A stretch of DNA of 64,000 bases from Sphagnum compactum. Lineage: Eukaryota. Positions 33,677-48,649 of the stretch are shown one piece after another (the stretch's first letter is position 1; the number at the start of each line of letters is the position of its first letter). The position numbers were made by a program, and so were the translations under genes. The stretch lies in contig OZ234493.1 of assembly GCA_965153455.1 (NCBI GenBank), forward strand, positions 2,170,001 through 2,234,000, in the 5' to 3' direction. Under the pieces are notes generated by a model, which searched no databases, was not told the origin of the DNA, and saw only the letters and a program-made list of their open reading frames with translations.

Positions 33677-36111
33677 ATGAGAATAAAATCGGGCAGCCCT
33701 CATGCACAATGATAATGATCAAATTTGCCCACAATCAATATTCTCTTTTTTATTTATTAGTCACATTTAATCTCACAATATGGACGATGTTCTAAATAAT
33801 GATTTATAATTTAGCAAAATTTAATAAATTATTTTTTGACACATTCAATAAATTACCCCATCTAGAAATGACTCCATTTTTACACTTAAATTTTTCTTCA
33901 AGTACTTTATGTGGCAAAAAGGAAAGAAGAAAATCATATTTAACTTTATTTTTGCTTTTGCTTTTAATAGTTCCAGACTCATGTTGGGCCTTTCATCCTT
34001 GTCTTGGTTACCTACACATTTTTTCATCCCTATTCCAACAATTTATTTTTATTTATTTTTGAATTGTGTGAATGAATGTGTATTTTTATCTCAGTTTTTG
34101 TGATGTAGCCAAAGTGGCCATTATCCATAAGAATATTAATTTTGGCTTTAATTGAGATATGAAAGTAAGAAAATTTTAAAGCATCAATTATATATATATT
34201 TTGGCCAATTATTATTAATGATAGAAATCTGGTGATTTTACATTGTTCTTTTCTTAACAAAATTTGGCAATTGAAAACCCTAAACCCCCCTTCCTCCAAA
34301 ACCACTTCATTTTCACAATTTTAATTTTTTAATTTTGGTTTTTTTGTTGAAATTTCACTAGTAAAGTAAAAGGCTAACCCTAAACCCAGCACTCAATTAC
34401 GGGACCAGGACTTCATCCAATGGCCTTACTTATTGCAAAGAAAGAGGCCAATGCACAAGATCAATCTTTTATATGAAAATTAGCATGACGAGTGAGTGTC
34501 GGGATGTAGCAAGAACACAATGAGTGCCTAACAATAATAACATGAACTTTAAAGTAACAATAACAACATGAGAATAAGTATGAGAAGTGACACAACACCA
34601 CATAACAACAAAATCATGACGAATGTAAGAAATGAACAACAATGAGAACACCATTTAAGTACCAACAAGTTTGCACATTGAGCACCAAACACTATCAAAA
34701 ACACGAAGAGCTGAGGAAACAAGAAGAAAGATAAAATCAATTACGATGACACCTTCGGCAATGAGCAAGATACATATAATCTTTGCTTCGCATGAAGCAG
34801 AAATGATGCCTCTTTAACACTAAACTTAAACGTTGCCTCATAACTCTTAACTCTAAACCTTAACTAATTTTTAACTGCCTATCCATAGACCCCTAAGAAT
34901 CAGACTCGAGGTTCGTCATATTACCCCCACTCAGGTATCAAACATTTAGAAAGTTAGAAAACCCACTCTGGTTCTTAATGAATTGAGTATCTTAATCGAC
35001 ATGGGTCTATGAAGAATAGAGAGACAAACACCGTTTATGTTCATTGTATAAATTGGTAGTGATTCATAAGGTTTGAAACTAATCTGGTTCTTTTCTTTGT
35101 ATAGCTGAATGCATTCCAAGCATGTAAATAAGTGGTACAAGCTTTACTTTTAAGATGCCGTATTTAGAACTCTTCCACAAGAGGGACCTGGTACTACTCC
35201 TCACCCATCCTTTGAAAGTTGAAGTTTTGATTAAAACTTGTCTTGTCAAAACAAAATCAAGAAATAGCAAATGGTGTGTTTGCGGCTGGCTTAATTATTG
35301 TTTTGTTTTTTAAGGATTTCAGTCTTTTTGTTCCTATCCAATTCTAACCAAGATGTGACACAACGCATGTTCAAACTATCTTCCGGCCAGTTTTGAAATG
35401 TAAAACTAGCCTTTGCGTAGACCTATGGTTCGAAAGCAGAAGCTCAGATCTCTCATATTCCAGGTTGAGGATGCAGCCAATTTCGTGTTGAAGCCAAAGA
35501 GTTCTGCAATGCCTCCATGAAGGAGCACTTCTATGGTGTACCATGACACAAACAAGACCCCTTCTTCTATCCACCATCAAGATACAGGAGGTAGAAATCC
35601 TAAACAAGGAGCCAACAGTGCTCATGAAGTTTGTGACAACAACAACTCCACAAAATAGCCTTGTGGCAAGTTCATAAGTCTGCATTGCAAGTGTCAACTA
35701 CATTGTCTTTATGAGCGGCTACAACCAGCGAGCTACAGCATTCTATGACACTGCTGTAGTTGAACATTTTTTCAAATATAGGGCCACCAAGAAATGGTGA
35801 GCAACATGCTTCACCATGCCTCATTCTCTATGAACTCCTAATTTTCTTAATCTGCAAAGCAATGATCTAAACCATATGTACAGTTTCTCTTGTACGAGCA
35901 TTTGAAGAATCATAAAAAGAAGAGAGAGAGAAAATGAGAACTGAGTACTGAGTGCAAAAGGAGTGGCACACAAAATACTGCATGCGAGAAAGTTTGCCAA
36001 GTCCATGAAAAACTGGAGACCAAAAAAAAAAGTGCGAAGAGACTAAAAAAAAGGGGTTATTGGGTCAAGAGTAGTGATATCAGTGGACACGTTCGAAAGG
36101 AGACTTTTTGT

Positions 36112-37004
36112 TTATAGAGTGAAACGGTTAAGGTAGTCTGGGTCTCGCTTAGCCTTCTCCTGAAACTTCTTGAACCACTGATTCAAAATATCCATTGGAA
36201 TCAGAAGCTTATCGCCCTCTACAGTACAAAATGACTGCATAAAATTGAAGAGATTTTCGCCCACCTTCATTGCCAGCTCCTCAACACGTTTCTGTTGCCC
36301 AACATTCAACACTGGAAGTGTCACCAGATCTTCAACTGAGACTCCTATTTGTGCTGAGAGTGGTGGTGTCCCAACACCCGTGAGAAGCATTTGACCATTA
36401 TTATTTGCCCCAGGCCATAGTAATGGAAACACAGCTGATGGACATGCACTGTGAACTGCACCTCGATACTCATATTGAGATCCTGGTGATTGTACATACA
36501 CAGCTAGAGCCTTACCCAATGGCAATGCCATTTCATTTAACAAAAATATGCACATTTCCTTCACTTGGTCATAAGCCTCACCTGTCACCCAACAATGCAT
36601 CCAACACATTCATCACACAAAACCCTAGGAGCTTCTATCATCACAAAACATTTGTAACACAAAACCCTCAGAGCTTCTATAATCACAACACTGACAAAGT
36701 GCTTGCAAACTAAGAAAGAGTCGTGTTTCTGCAAATGATATAAGTACGAGTCTTATCTGATCTATGGAAATTCAGCAGAGAAATCTCCACAACAATGAGA
36801 AGAAGAAGAAGAAGAAGAAATTGGAGGGTCTGAAGAATGATTCTATTTTCTCCTCCCATGAATGCAAAATAAATCTCGTGAGAGTGTGAGGGACTTCTTA
36901 CCCACAAAGTAGTTCATGTCAAGGATCCATCGATGATCATCAACTTGTGTGAAAGTTGTTATGTCTAATGGAAAGCTCCGGTTCGGAAATAAAACTCCAA
37001 ACAT
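36112..37004 (-). CDS. Hikeshi/OPI10 homolog (DUF775; Hsp70 nuclear-import carrier family), 190 aa, 2 coding exons
   Basis: Exons 37004-36902 (MFGVLFPNRSFPLDITTFTQVDDHRWILDMNYFV) and 36581-36112 (GEAYDQVKEMCIFLL...ALAVYVQSPGS...GAVHSACPSAVF...AQIGVSVEDL...KVGENLFNFMQSF...WFKKFQEKAKRDPDYL); phase-1 GT-AG intron, 573 nt. Probable 5'UTR intron donor near 37330. Confidence 0.9.
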
Positions 37005-40000
37005 GCTGATGTGCTCAAGAACACAATCCAAATGTGTGTGAGAGAGAGAGAGAGAAGAAATTCTCAAGACTTTGTTCCACTGCTACAAAAGATATTTTTG
37101 TTTCCAAAGGAGATCGGATAAAGATGCTACAAAATCTTCACTACTGCTACTGCATCATGAGGTTTGATTCCATCTGCATGCAAGCAACAAAAGATGATCA
37201 GCATAACTTTCTCATATTACCTAGTATGCAACCAGATTCAACATTGATCACGCAAGAAGATATCACAGCTTCCGTCGCTGCAGAAAATCAAATCAGGAAG
37301 AATCCCATCGATAGCCAACAATTCACATACCTTACAACCGCGATCAGGAGAACCAGAGGTTCTTGTCTCGTCTCGTCTCTTCTGTTCTCTTCTCTTCCAC
37401 AAGCTGCTTCAAACCCTAACCCTAGCCTCTTGCTTCAGACCCTTTTCCCTTTGCAAGTCCAGTTTACAAAGAAGAATCTCTTCTCCACAACTAGAGATGA
37501 TGCTCAAGGACAGGTGCAGCGATCTTGAGACTTTGAGCAAATGGGGGAAATGGGAAAAACAGAAGCAGATGATGTGCTTGCAGTATGCTTTGTAACGACA
37601 CTTTTAAGGTGTCTCGAAAAACACAGAAAGCGGAAGAAGAAGAAGAAGAAGAAATGGGACCCACCCTTTTTTCTTTTCTTTTTTCCTCTGCCGAAGCTTC
37701 TGGAAGAGGACAGATAGCATTTGCTGCTCTCTGGGCCCTTAAACTTGGAGATTTATGCATTGGAAAGTTGTCATCAGTTTGTACTTTTACACAAGGTATG
37801 AGAATTTCTGCACAATTCTAGATGGTTTGTTGTGAGAAAGACCTTATTAGCATTGTTTTCTGGGAGGTACAAGTGCATGAGGAAATGAACTTGGACGCCT
37901 TCTAAGATGGGTATCTACTCTCATGTAAGTTTCAATCTCATGCTTGTTTTTTTGCTACAAGTGGGGTTTTGTTGTTCCACCCTCTTCATAATCTATTGTT
38001 CAATTACAATGAGCTAGATCACCATGCCATTGGAAATTTTGAAAGCTTGATGCTGAAGGTGAATATAGCCACAAAATGAATAATGAAATACAACTAGTGT
38101 ATATAGAGAAAACAATGACCAACTTGTGGTTTTGGAACCACCCCATATGTATGAGAAAGGAACTCCTTCACTCTCATGGGGTTGCCACCACTTGTTTGAA
38201 CAACTATGGATGGATAGATTCCAAGTTGCCAAGTTGTGTCAAGATCAAACGATACAATGTCCATTGCCATTGGACATACATGCCTTGTAGTGTCATATAC
38301 ACCACACTAGTAACTTCTTTTCCATGCCATGAAGAATTTTTGACAATATTTCCTTTGTAATTGAGTTTGTGCTTATTCTAGTGAACTTGTTGGAGCTCCA
38401 TCAATTACATGTGTGTTCACAAAGTATATTGCACTCTCTAGGCTAACAAAGTGGGTTTCCACTCCATTTAAAAACTTTCTTTTTGAAAATAGATTTTGAA
38501 ATTCTTATGAAAGGTGATTACACATGAGTTGGTGTTGTGTTGGGTCCTCTTCACAAGGACTCAAACTTCAAACCTATGAAGCCTCTTCTGTGGGTGCCTA
38601 AGCCCAACACAAAAGGATATGCTACCATGACCTTCACTATGAACAATTATTACAATGTAATAAATTCACTGATAATGAGTACAACATCAAATTGATGATT
38701 CAATTTGTTAGTTGTGATTGTTTTTACAAGTGTACTTATAGGAGAAAGATATATTTAGCTAGGGCAAGATTGAAGCTAAAATAGAGGCAACAATTGCGAC
38801 AATTGATGGATTGGAGAAAACAAGATAGCCATGTCATGTGGGGAAGTAATAGATAGTTGAAGTTCTGAGGTTTATTGACATGGCATTCATTTATTGGCTC
38901 TAAGAAGGGTAGGTCTAGTTCATAGCTTAGCTATTGTTATCAACCTCCTAAAATAGGGAATTTTGTAACTCAAGATAGTTATATTTAAATAGGTAGCAAG
39001 CTTGACCATGTATGGCATTTGCTACCTTTCCCTTCACTACTTCTACCTAATTGTAGTGGGCCATCTACCTTGTAGAAGAATGGGAGTGTTCAAGTTAGGT
39101 TCATTAGGTTGACGGCTTGTTGTGGCCTATAGTCAATCGTTCATTATAGGTTGTAATCAAACAAGATACGATGAATATTGTACCCCCATTTTAGAATTCA
39201 TCAACATGAATCCCATTTGGGTCATTAGGGAGGATTCATGCCAACATGAGTCCTTTGTGCTAAATTAGTTTGAGGATTTGGATTGATGTCATTCATATCA
39301 AGGTGAATTCTATTAGGTTCTTACAATCAACCCAAATCGTCAGCCATTTTGGCATGGTGGGTTTTCATGAGCATGAATCCCAACCCTTGGTCTTAGCATG
39401 GGTCCCTTAGTTGACTTGACATGGGGATTTATGTGGACAAGATCTTATTTAACAACCATCATGCCAACATGAGTCACTATGGTGGGATATTGCACCTTAC
39501 TTAACTTGAGGGTCTCCTTTGGTTCATTAAGGAAGATTCATATAAAAATGAATGCCTTTTCATGGTCCTTTGAAAATATTCAAGTTGGTGTGAGTCTTTT
39601 ACTTACCTTCATGTAAATCCCCTTGTTAGTTTTTTAAAAGTCATTTTGGCATGAGTATCTTGTTGATGAACATGGAGATTCATAATGGCTTAAATCTTTT
39701 CTTGTGTTTTTAGAAGAATCATCTTGGCATGTGTGTTGTTGGTGTTGGCATGAAGATTCACATGAGCTTAAATTCTTCGCTTGTTTTTAATGGAAAACAC
39801 ATGTTACCACAAGTCTATGGATTAACAAGATGCAACTCTTTTTGTTGGGTCCTCATTAAAAAAAATAACATTAACTTGATTCCTTTAACTTCATTGACTT
39901 GAAGGATTCTTGTCAATGTGAGTTCATTGTTTTTTCTTCAATACTTAAAGAGGATTTGTTGAGGGTGGATCTAAAAAGTGTCAAAGTATAAGGGATGATC

Positions 40001-43000
40001 ACATGATTCATATTGGTCTGAGTTCTTTCATATTGTTTTTAAGGAGAATTCATGTTGTTGTGAATTCATCTACATATTTTAACATGGATATCTTAGTACA
40101 AAAGATCCTATGATGAAGCATTCTAGTCCAAAGGGCTTCTTAGTTGATCTCTGACTTTCGTTGTTTACATTCCATCGTCATCCACATCATTTGTTCATTT
40201 TTGCACAACACTTTCATTTGGAACTTTGGGACATTTTGATTTTTTCATGTTCATGCGAAATGTAACAAATTCTTTCCCATGGTTTTCAAAACAATTTGAT
40301 ACATTCATAATCTACACATGACTTTTGTTAATTTCAAATGTTCATTATGTTTTATTTTATAGTAAAATAGCCTTTAGTAAAATTAAAACAATGAAATTAA
40401 ATTAAATAATCTTTAATAAAACTAAAGTTGACAACCCAAAATAAATAAATTATTCAAAACAAAAACAAAAAACAAATCCAAACATATCAAACAATCTAAA
40501 GCATGCTAAAGATCAAATTTAATATCTCATTAGCAAATAACATAAAACAAAAATCAAAAGAAAGTGACACGAATCAAAAATGAACATTTTACAAAACACC
40601 AACATATTGGCACACCTTGAATGAAAAGATATCATTCTTTCATGGACATGGGTTGATTGTACATGTTACATCAAATGGTATCATATTAACAAAATGTGAC
40701 AATTGCAAAAGGCACAACACATAAAAAATTCAATGTCACTCAATTGAGTAATTGTTTCACCAAACATAAATGATAAAAATGAACTTAATTATCTGAATCA
40801 TAAGTCATTTTTTTCATAATATTGTGTCACTTTACATGGCACAAATGGTGTACATAGAGGTGGCACTTAAAATGCAAGTGGATTGATTTAAAATACTACA
40901 TAATTCCTAGCAACCACAACATTCCACTAAAATATTTAATGAACGATAAAAAATCATCATCATAATGTGAAAAAGTTTTATAATTCATTGTGATGCACAT
41001 TGCATCGAATATGATGCTTCAAAAAAATCATTTTTATCCATGGAAATCCTATTGAATATTGGGCCTCCAAAGCATTAAACCAAAACAGGAACTCAAGTTT
41101 TATATGATTATTCACAAAAAAATTTACAAAATTATTAGCATATTTTTTAATGTTTTTAACATTAATAAATTTTTTTACAACATTGTTCTTTTGTGCATAG
41201 TAGTTTTTTAAAAATTCAAAAAAAAACATTATTAATCAATTTTTAGAATCAACATTTCGCAAGGGTCTTCAAAAGGTGCAAATTTCAAAATTTTATGGTC
41301 AATAATCACTTACCATGATGTAACAAAATTTGCACAACATAAATGATGGCCAACCATAATTATTTTTGAAGGGAGATATTTTAGTTCTTTTCATTATACT
41401 TCCATATTCAGATAAAAAAATTAAATGGGTTGTGTTCATTAGTCTTTTCCTCCAGAATTGAGTTATGTAAAATAACACCAATTATTTTTCCATCCAACAC
41501 GAGAAATGCATTGTTAGTTACTTCAATAAATTCATTGACATCTTCACATTAATTCTAAACCCGCAAAAATTTGTGAGTTTCATGTTTTAAATTAAAAACT
41601 TTTCCACCTTCCTTGGAATAGAATATCCAACGTCATAAAAAAATGCTCGATAATGTGTTAGCTTTGGGCTACACCAAAAAGAACTAATTTTTGCAATTTT
41701 TCATTCTTATAAAATTTTTAATAAAAAATCAAATCCCAAAGCTTGGAGGAAAGGAAATAAACACACACATAAATACAAGAGATGGAAAGAAACATAAAAA
41801 AACAAAAAATATACGAAGACACACACAAGACCTCTAAAGTGTGCAACAAGGTTTGTTGGGTTTTTGTTATTCATTTTTCTAATGGAAGCACTTTCCCAAA
41901 GCATGGAAACTTCTAATTTTTTAACAACATTGCCAACTACCCCTTCCAAGTTGCTAGAAAAATGGGGAGAAAAAGAAGTTAACAAAATTGTCAATGTGAA
42001 AAAAAATTGTTAGCAGATGACATTATTGCAAATTAATGCCTTCATCATGACTAAGGGATAAAAATCATTTCAAGTCCAAGGAATTTACCACACAATTTTG
42101 TCAACTTCATCAACTTTTTCCCAAGCTCTTCAAGGATGTTACCAATGAAAAAATTGTCCCTTAAATACCTATAGGAAAAAAAACTAAAAAAAATCAACAT
42201 ATATCAATATTACCATACAAAAATATTATGAAAACATTATGAAAAAATCTCTCCACGAATAATTGTTACATTTATTAGTCGTTTGAGTTAAATTTTAAAT
42301 TATTTTTTTGTGTGTTGTGCATGGTTAGAATTTTTTTTTCATTCTTTAAATCATTTTTTAAAAAGTCCAAGAAATTTAATTAATTTTTGAAAAATGAATT
42401 TCATGTCAAAATGTTTTTTTTTATTAATTTTTCTCACAAATTCATTTGAAGGAATTTTAACATTATTTATTTCAAAATATTAGAAGATTTCTTGATATTC
42501 CAAAATTTTATGGAAATAACATTATTATGATGAAACTATATGGTTGAAATTTTGAAAAAAAAAATCAGTAAGTTTAAAAATAAAGACATGACATGTTTAA
42601 TTTAAAGCATTACATATCAAATGTTAATTTTTCTATTTTATCAAATTTATAATGTACTTTGATATATGAAAAATCCTATTATCTAAACAAATGGAATGAA
42701 ATCTAATATATGCTACCATTTTGGTGAATAAAGGACCAAAGGGGGAAGGTTTAGTTCAATTTTCTCCTTTCCCAAAAAGGTAATAAATTGCATTACTTTA
42801 GAAAAAAATAAAATTTAAACATATATGTCGAACATCTTGAAAATCCAATTGAAGATAACAACATTATCAATTGCCAATTGTAGACATTTTGAAATTAATG
42901 TACTATTTACAATATTCTTTTAAATTTCTTACATATGTAAAAAAATCATAGGTATAAATCATGATTAAAAAAAACACTACAACTACTAGCACCATGATAT

Positions 43001-43430
43001 TTGGATTTTTATTATAAAAAAAAACCTTGAATAATATTTAATTATATAATTTTGAACTAACACTATAAAACCTTGGATTAATCAATCCGGAGTTGTCTCA
43101 TTCGCCATGGGGTTTTATTAACTATTTTGGGAACACTAATTTTATTGTTATTGTGTTGTTGGGTCTTGATGTTATCAAAAATATCACTTATAGTGAGGAA
43201 ATATAATGATGACATTTTGAAAAGAAAACTAATTTATTATTTTATATGAGGCTACAATAAATATAGACATGTAATAATACACTTACTTCTTGGAATTTCC
43301 TTGAATGGCAATTTTTTTTATTTCAGGATATTTTGTAATTTACATTTACATATGTAAAAAGCTTACCAATTGAACAAAAGGAGCAAAACATGGAACATTG
43401 TACTTTTGAAAAAGAAAGAAGCAAAAGGAG

Positions 43431-43461
43431 TTTAGGGTTTTAGGGTTTAGGGTTTAGGGTT
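43431..43461 (+). repeat. Interstitial (TTTAGGG)~4
   Basis: Direct reading. Confidence 0.85.
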
Positions 43462-44298
43462 ATTCTCCATTCTTGTTTTAGAACCGAAGAAAATACAAGT
43501 ACTTTTATTGATTCATACTCTTTGTTATTGTCTTCCTTTCAAAAACTCTTTTGTAAAAATGAAAACCCTAAACCCCAAAAAATGTTTCTGATTTCCCATG
43601 AATGTTTACTTAACTCACTACTGTCATCGATACTATTACTGACAAATCTGAAGCCAAAATGTTCTAGTCAATTAGCTGAACAGATTTCAAACACGAGGAG
43701 AAGTGGTCTTCATTTCGAAAAAAGAAGGGAAAAAGGAGTTGGGCAATGGGGCATATGAGCGAGCGAGCGAGCGTGCAACCAAAGTCATCACTATGACTCT
43801 TGATATGCCAGATGCAGGAAGAGATTGTGTTCACAGCGAGCGACTCAGCAATAGCCTGATATCTTCTGCCTGCTCAAGCAACAGCTGACATGATGATGTC
43901 CATGAGTCCAATTCTTTTGGAAAAAACTGGTCTGTGTTAATGCTTGTACAGTTCTGGCTTGCAAGAAAACACAACTTGATACAAGCCAAACAGTGTGTGC
44001 CACCCCTAAGAATCTCATACAGTTTTGGTGCACCAACCTGATTGGAATGACAAGATTCTTTCAACTTGATCGACAGCTCAACAAGAATACTGCAGCTACT
44101 AACAAGGATCTAAAGAGTCCATTCCATTTGTATCACCAGACTTTTGTCACAAAGACAGATCAATGTCTGTGAACTTTGCTGACAGCCTTTTGAATTCTTA
44201 CAAATCAAATGTCATCTTTTGCAGGGACTTGCTGTGAGAACAAAAGATTGCTTTCTGTACACTTTGGTCACAAAGCTAAGTGTTGCTACATCAAATAC

Positions 44299-47200
44299 TT
44301 AGAGCCTGGATTGCACACCACCTGCAATTACTAAGGTTTCACCTGTGATATACGAGGCATCGTCTGAGGCCAAAAATGCTGCTGCTGCAGCCATGTCATC
44401 AGTTGTCCCTGACCTTTTCAATAGTGTTTTCGACTCAATTTCCTCAAGCTGCCATTACACACACCATGAGAGCAAGATTAGGAAGCAGCCAATAAATAAC
44501 TATCCACAATTCATAGTTTATCTTACCTTCTCAACTTTGACTGCAGCCCAGGTTTAGGGTTAATGTGAAACAAGCTCATGGCTCATTGCACTAAAAGCAC
44601 ACAGTTTTAACTCCAAGCTTTCAATTTAAAAAATTGAAAACCAATTTCAGATATCAAAGGACACTTCAACTTTTTCAAACCTTGGACCCCATTTGAGAAT
44701 CCAACCCATGGGGGGAGCTACTGCGTGCAGACTCATTTGCATGCAAAAGGATAAAAGTCCACACCAGTTCCAAGCACTCAAGAATTTTTCAAAATAAATA
44801 TCTTTTCATAAGTACTGTCAACTTCTCAACATTTAGGATTTAAGTCGATGTGAATAGAATCGAGGGATGACCTGATAACAAGGTCGAAGAGATTTCAGTT
44901 TGACAACAGAACAGTGACATCAGCAGCAGGCATGAAAAAGAGGAAACCCAACCCTAAAGAACAGAAAAAAAAGTTGAGGACCAGTCTGAACAAGAGCAAT
45001 CATCATACACATGCTAGGAGAAGTTGTGATAGAGAAATCACTATCATACATGTGTTATTCTTGAAGAGATACTTCATGAAATCAAACTCCTAGGAAAAGT
45101 GATAGAAATTAGCCAAATAGACCACACAATTAGTACCCACAGGGATACGAGAACATTCTCTATAAGCACAATGACCAAAACAAAGAAACTAATTATCTAG
45201 CAAGAAATCCAACCAAGAGATCGAATCTGAAGCCTCCACAACTTTAAAGATATCAAGATTTTCAGACAAATTTCTCTCTTCTTTAATTTTCAGCCACAAA
45301 AACCTAAAGTTCAAAGCTGTTATCTGAACCAACACAAACTTCAAACAATGAAACTTCAACACTTTATTGATCAGAACTTTCATATGAGCTTTTAGGTCCA
45401 TTAGGTCAATTTTAGTGTATAGAGTTGAGAAATCAAAAGATTGCAATAAGAGTGGAGAAGCTTTATCAACTTCCGATCTCAAAAGATTAAGTTGTTTTAT
45501 TATATCCACTACTCCTGTAGAGTATTGAAAGAAAGAGAAAAAGCAAGTTTGTACCCAAGGTGAACTTTAAAAGTACATATCTTTTGAGGACAAAGAGCAC
45601 TTTGAAGTGATTCCCACTTAGGATTAAGAAGCCCTTGAGCAAGTGTGTTCTGAAAGTTTGTCTTGGTTCAGAAAAGGAGGCATTATTCAGACACAAAATA
45701 AGCACTGAGAATTTCTCAATGCTAACAATTCATGTCAACCTGAAACGAATCATCAGATAACCTGACAAGAAGGTTTTGGATACTTCAGATCTGACATCAT
45801 AACAACATCCAATCAACCAACATGAAAAAGAAGAAACAAAACCCTAAAGAAAAGAGAAAACAAGACCACAATACCAAATGGAGGAGCAGTTAAAACAACA
45901 GGTACAGTCATCTGTAGCAACATGTATGGTCCAAACAACAACAGAACTGCTCACAATAAAACACCCACTAACTAAATCAGTTCCCACCAATGGGTGGACA
46001 TAAAAGGAAGAAGAAACTCTTCAAACACATAGTGCTCAGTTCAGAAGCCATGGATAAAAAGTAAACAACATCAAGTATATTGCACGCAAAAGGACAACTA
46101 ATTTCCATAGAGAGGGTAAAGTAGAAGAGATAGTACTATTTCTGCACTCTCAGCAAGGAAGGCAGAAAAGCGGGTCGGAACAAAGCCTGGTGCAATTCCA
46201 TTCACACGTGTTTTTGGTGCCAGCTCTGCTGCTAATGCCTGCCCACATCCATCCATGTAAAAACATTACAAAATTATCAGCCAGACTAAAACACTAAACC
46301 TATTTTGATGATGATCACCAGGGCGTAGCGAGGTCAAAAGAGCTCCAACTTGATTCAAGATTCTGCAAAGCCTAAACTCTTTGTTTGTACTTTGCAATGT
46401 TCCCCATCATGTTTACAACTCTCTGAGCGATTACCATAAACCCAATGGAAACCTATGAATGACACTGGATTGAATTTTGGGCAACTTGCAAAATGGTGAC
46501 TGATGATGTGTAAACCATCAGGCTATGCTGTTGTCAGTAAAAGTCAATAGATTAGAGAACAATGTTACATAATTCCTCATTCAAGGGATAGAATAGTCAT
46601 GAAAGGCCCCAAGCTATCCCAGTAGGGGAGACAAAAGGAATTCCACCATAAAAAGTTCCAAATCTTCATAGCTCTAATGGTAAATATCTCAGAAAATATC
46701 TTCTCTATAACTCCAGGCACTCAACTGGATCAACCATGAATTTGCTACACATGTGATGATTGATTGATTGCACAATCACCATGATTGAAACAAACAAGAA
46801 CAGCAATGTCTCTGCTCAACACTCCTGCAAAAGGTAAAGAGAGTGTAACATATCACACACCTTTGTAAGACCAAGGAGAGCAGTTTTCATGACAGCATAC
46901 ATATTTAGCAAGCCAGCCCCAGGGTTAAATGCTGCTATTGATGTTACAAAAATGACCGATGAACCATCTGACAAAAACGGTGCTGCAGCCTGCAAGAAAA
47001 TGAGTTCCAAGACTTTCCACACTGTCAAATTCATACGTATAATCCAGCTAATAATATAGAATGCTTTCTTGCATCAACCAACAATCCTTCAATAAACATT
47101 CCAGTTTACCTGAACAATCTGAATAGAAGCCTTCACATTGATTTCCCACAACTTGTTGAGCGCTTTTTCTGACATGCTCACAATTGCATCATTGGAGGGA

Positions 47201-48428
47201 TTGGCTGCTGCATTTGATACTAGGATGTCAATTTGCCCATATTTCTGCAAAGATCCAGAAAAAAGACTCCTGCTTCTTTAACTTTTGCATTTCCTTCCCT
47301 TTCCAGCATCTGATTTCAGATATCAATGTCCTCACAGAGGTTGCCTTCATGGTTCAGGTTCCAAGATCAGGGCTTAAAGTCCATGTATACCATCATTGAA
47401 AATACCTTGAGGGGCTTGAAGTGAGAAACTAGCCTCTTGTGCTTACACACCATTATTGCTCAGCCAAAACTGCCATTGGGCCACCTTCAAATTCCTCTAC
47501 TTTGGGGACAGAGACTTCACATACAGGGAATAGAGATGTGGCTACACATTCAACAATCAGCAAACCAGCATTGATGGCCTGCAGCAGACAGACTCCATAA
47601 CAAACAATTTGGGCAAAATGATAGGGTTTAGGGTTTAGGTGTCAAGTGAAATGTGATGTGTGTAATACGCTCTGCTGGAGTTTATTACATCCTTCCAACT
47701 TTGGATATTCTCTTGTGCAAGTGTCAGGACAAGGTGAAGAAGCAAAGCAAGGAGTAAAATAGGAAGTTTCCAGATTCTGACATCAATGGTGCTTTTTATG
47801 AGGTTTGCCCTTTGATCTGCAAAAGAGACATGGCAGGCCAAGCCAAACACATCAAGACCCTCAGCTTTCAACTTTGCCACAGCCTCATCCACATTTTTCT
47901 GCAAGAGGTAAACAACACCAAGAACACAGAAAATTACCATCAACCCACCACAGTTCATTCTCATGCTCAACTGAATATTAGTTATCATTCCAAAGTCGAG
48001 AGGCATGTGCCCTAGAGACACAGAAACCGCAGACCCTAAAGTGTGAAGAAAAGTCTCTAGTAATAAGGAACAAGAAGAGAGCCATGCAAGACAATACATT
48101 ACCATCATCCACAGTTCTATTCTCATCATGCTCACCTAATTGAGATGTCATTCCCAAGGCCTAAAGACATCTGCACTAGAGACACAGAAACTGCAAACCC
48201 TAGAGACATCTGCCCTAGAGACAGAGAGACAGCAAACCCTAGAGAGCGGAAGGAAGATTTTTCCTTTTTGGGGGGAACTAACCTACCTACCTGCTTGCGG
48301 GAGGAAATGACGACCGCGGCCCCTTCAAGCGCAAAACGGCGAGCAATAGCGAAGCCGATTCCTTGCGTGGACGCGGTGATAACTGCCACCTTCCCTTCCA
48401 ACCTCCTCGGAAGAACTGCACTTACCAT
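44299..48428 (-). CDS. Peroxisomal short-chain dehydrogenase/reductase (SDRa/IBR1, tropinone-reductase-like 3, DHRS4-like), 256 aa, 6 exons
   Basis: Exons 48428-48291, 47898-47782, 47244-47110, 46989-46861, 46238-46137, 44448-44299; GT-AG, 771 nt. Motifs: TASTQGIG (Rossmann fold), IDILVSNAA, catalytic YAVMK (YxxxK), [27 protein letters not shown]-terminal PTS1 SRL*. Confidence 0.93.
44871..45860 (-). mobile_element. Decayed Penelope-like retroelement fragment in SDR intron 5, bracketed by ~100-bp diverged direct repeats
   Basis: Minus-strand [14 protein letters not shown]...[46 protein letters not shown] (45509-45060) matches PLE-type RT motifs (DFSTLYT; GIPMGTNC). Direct repeats at 44871-44970 and 45761-45860. 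Confidence 0.72.
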
Positions 48429-48649
48429 CTCTCTTCTCACTCCAACTAAAAAAGCAGAAAATCAGAGCAAAGAAACAAAGATTTTTTTTGTAACAAAAAA
48501 CGGATTTCTCCTGTATCGTCGGCTTCCTTCACCGCCGTGTTTTAGTGCACCACAAATCCATCGCAAAAACTGCGCAATTGGTTCGTCTCTTGCGGAGAGG
48601 AACGACGAAGACTAAGAAGACTCGTGTGCTCCTGAAACCCTAAACCCTA

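Noticed and set aside
37034-37821. Plus-strand ORFs upstream of Hikeshi as a divergent gene
   Set aside because: They overlap the Hikeshi 5'UTR and promoter microsatellites and show no recognisable domain.
45735-45800. Hammerhead ribozyme near the PLE repeat (CTGATGA on the minus strand)
   Set aside because: No properly placed stem II plus GAAA, nor stems I and III, could be assembled by eye; a covariance search would be needed.
1275-48428. The four genes as a functional cluster
   Set aside because: Their functions and compartments are unrelated (organelle envelope, plasma-membrane phototropism, nuclear import, peroxisome), and they are separated by long TE-rich spacers.
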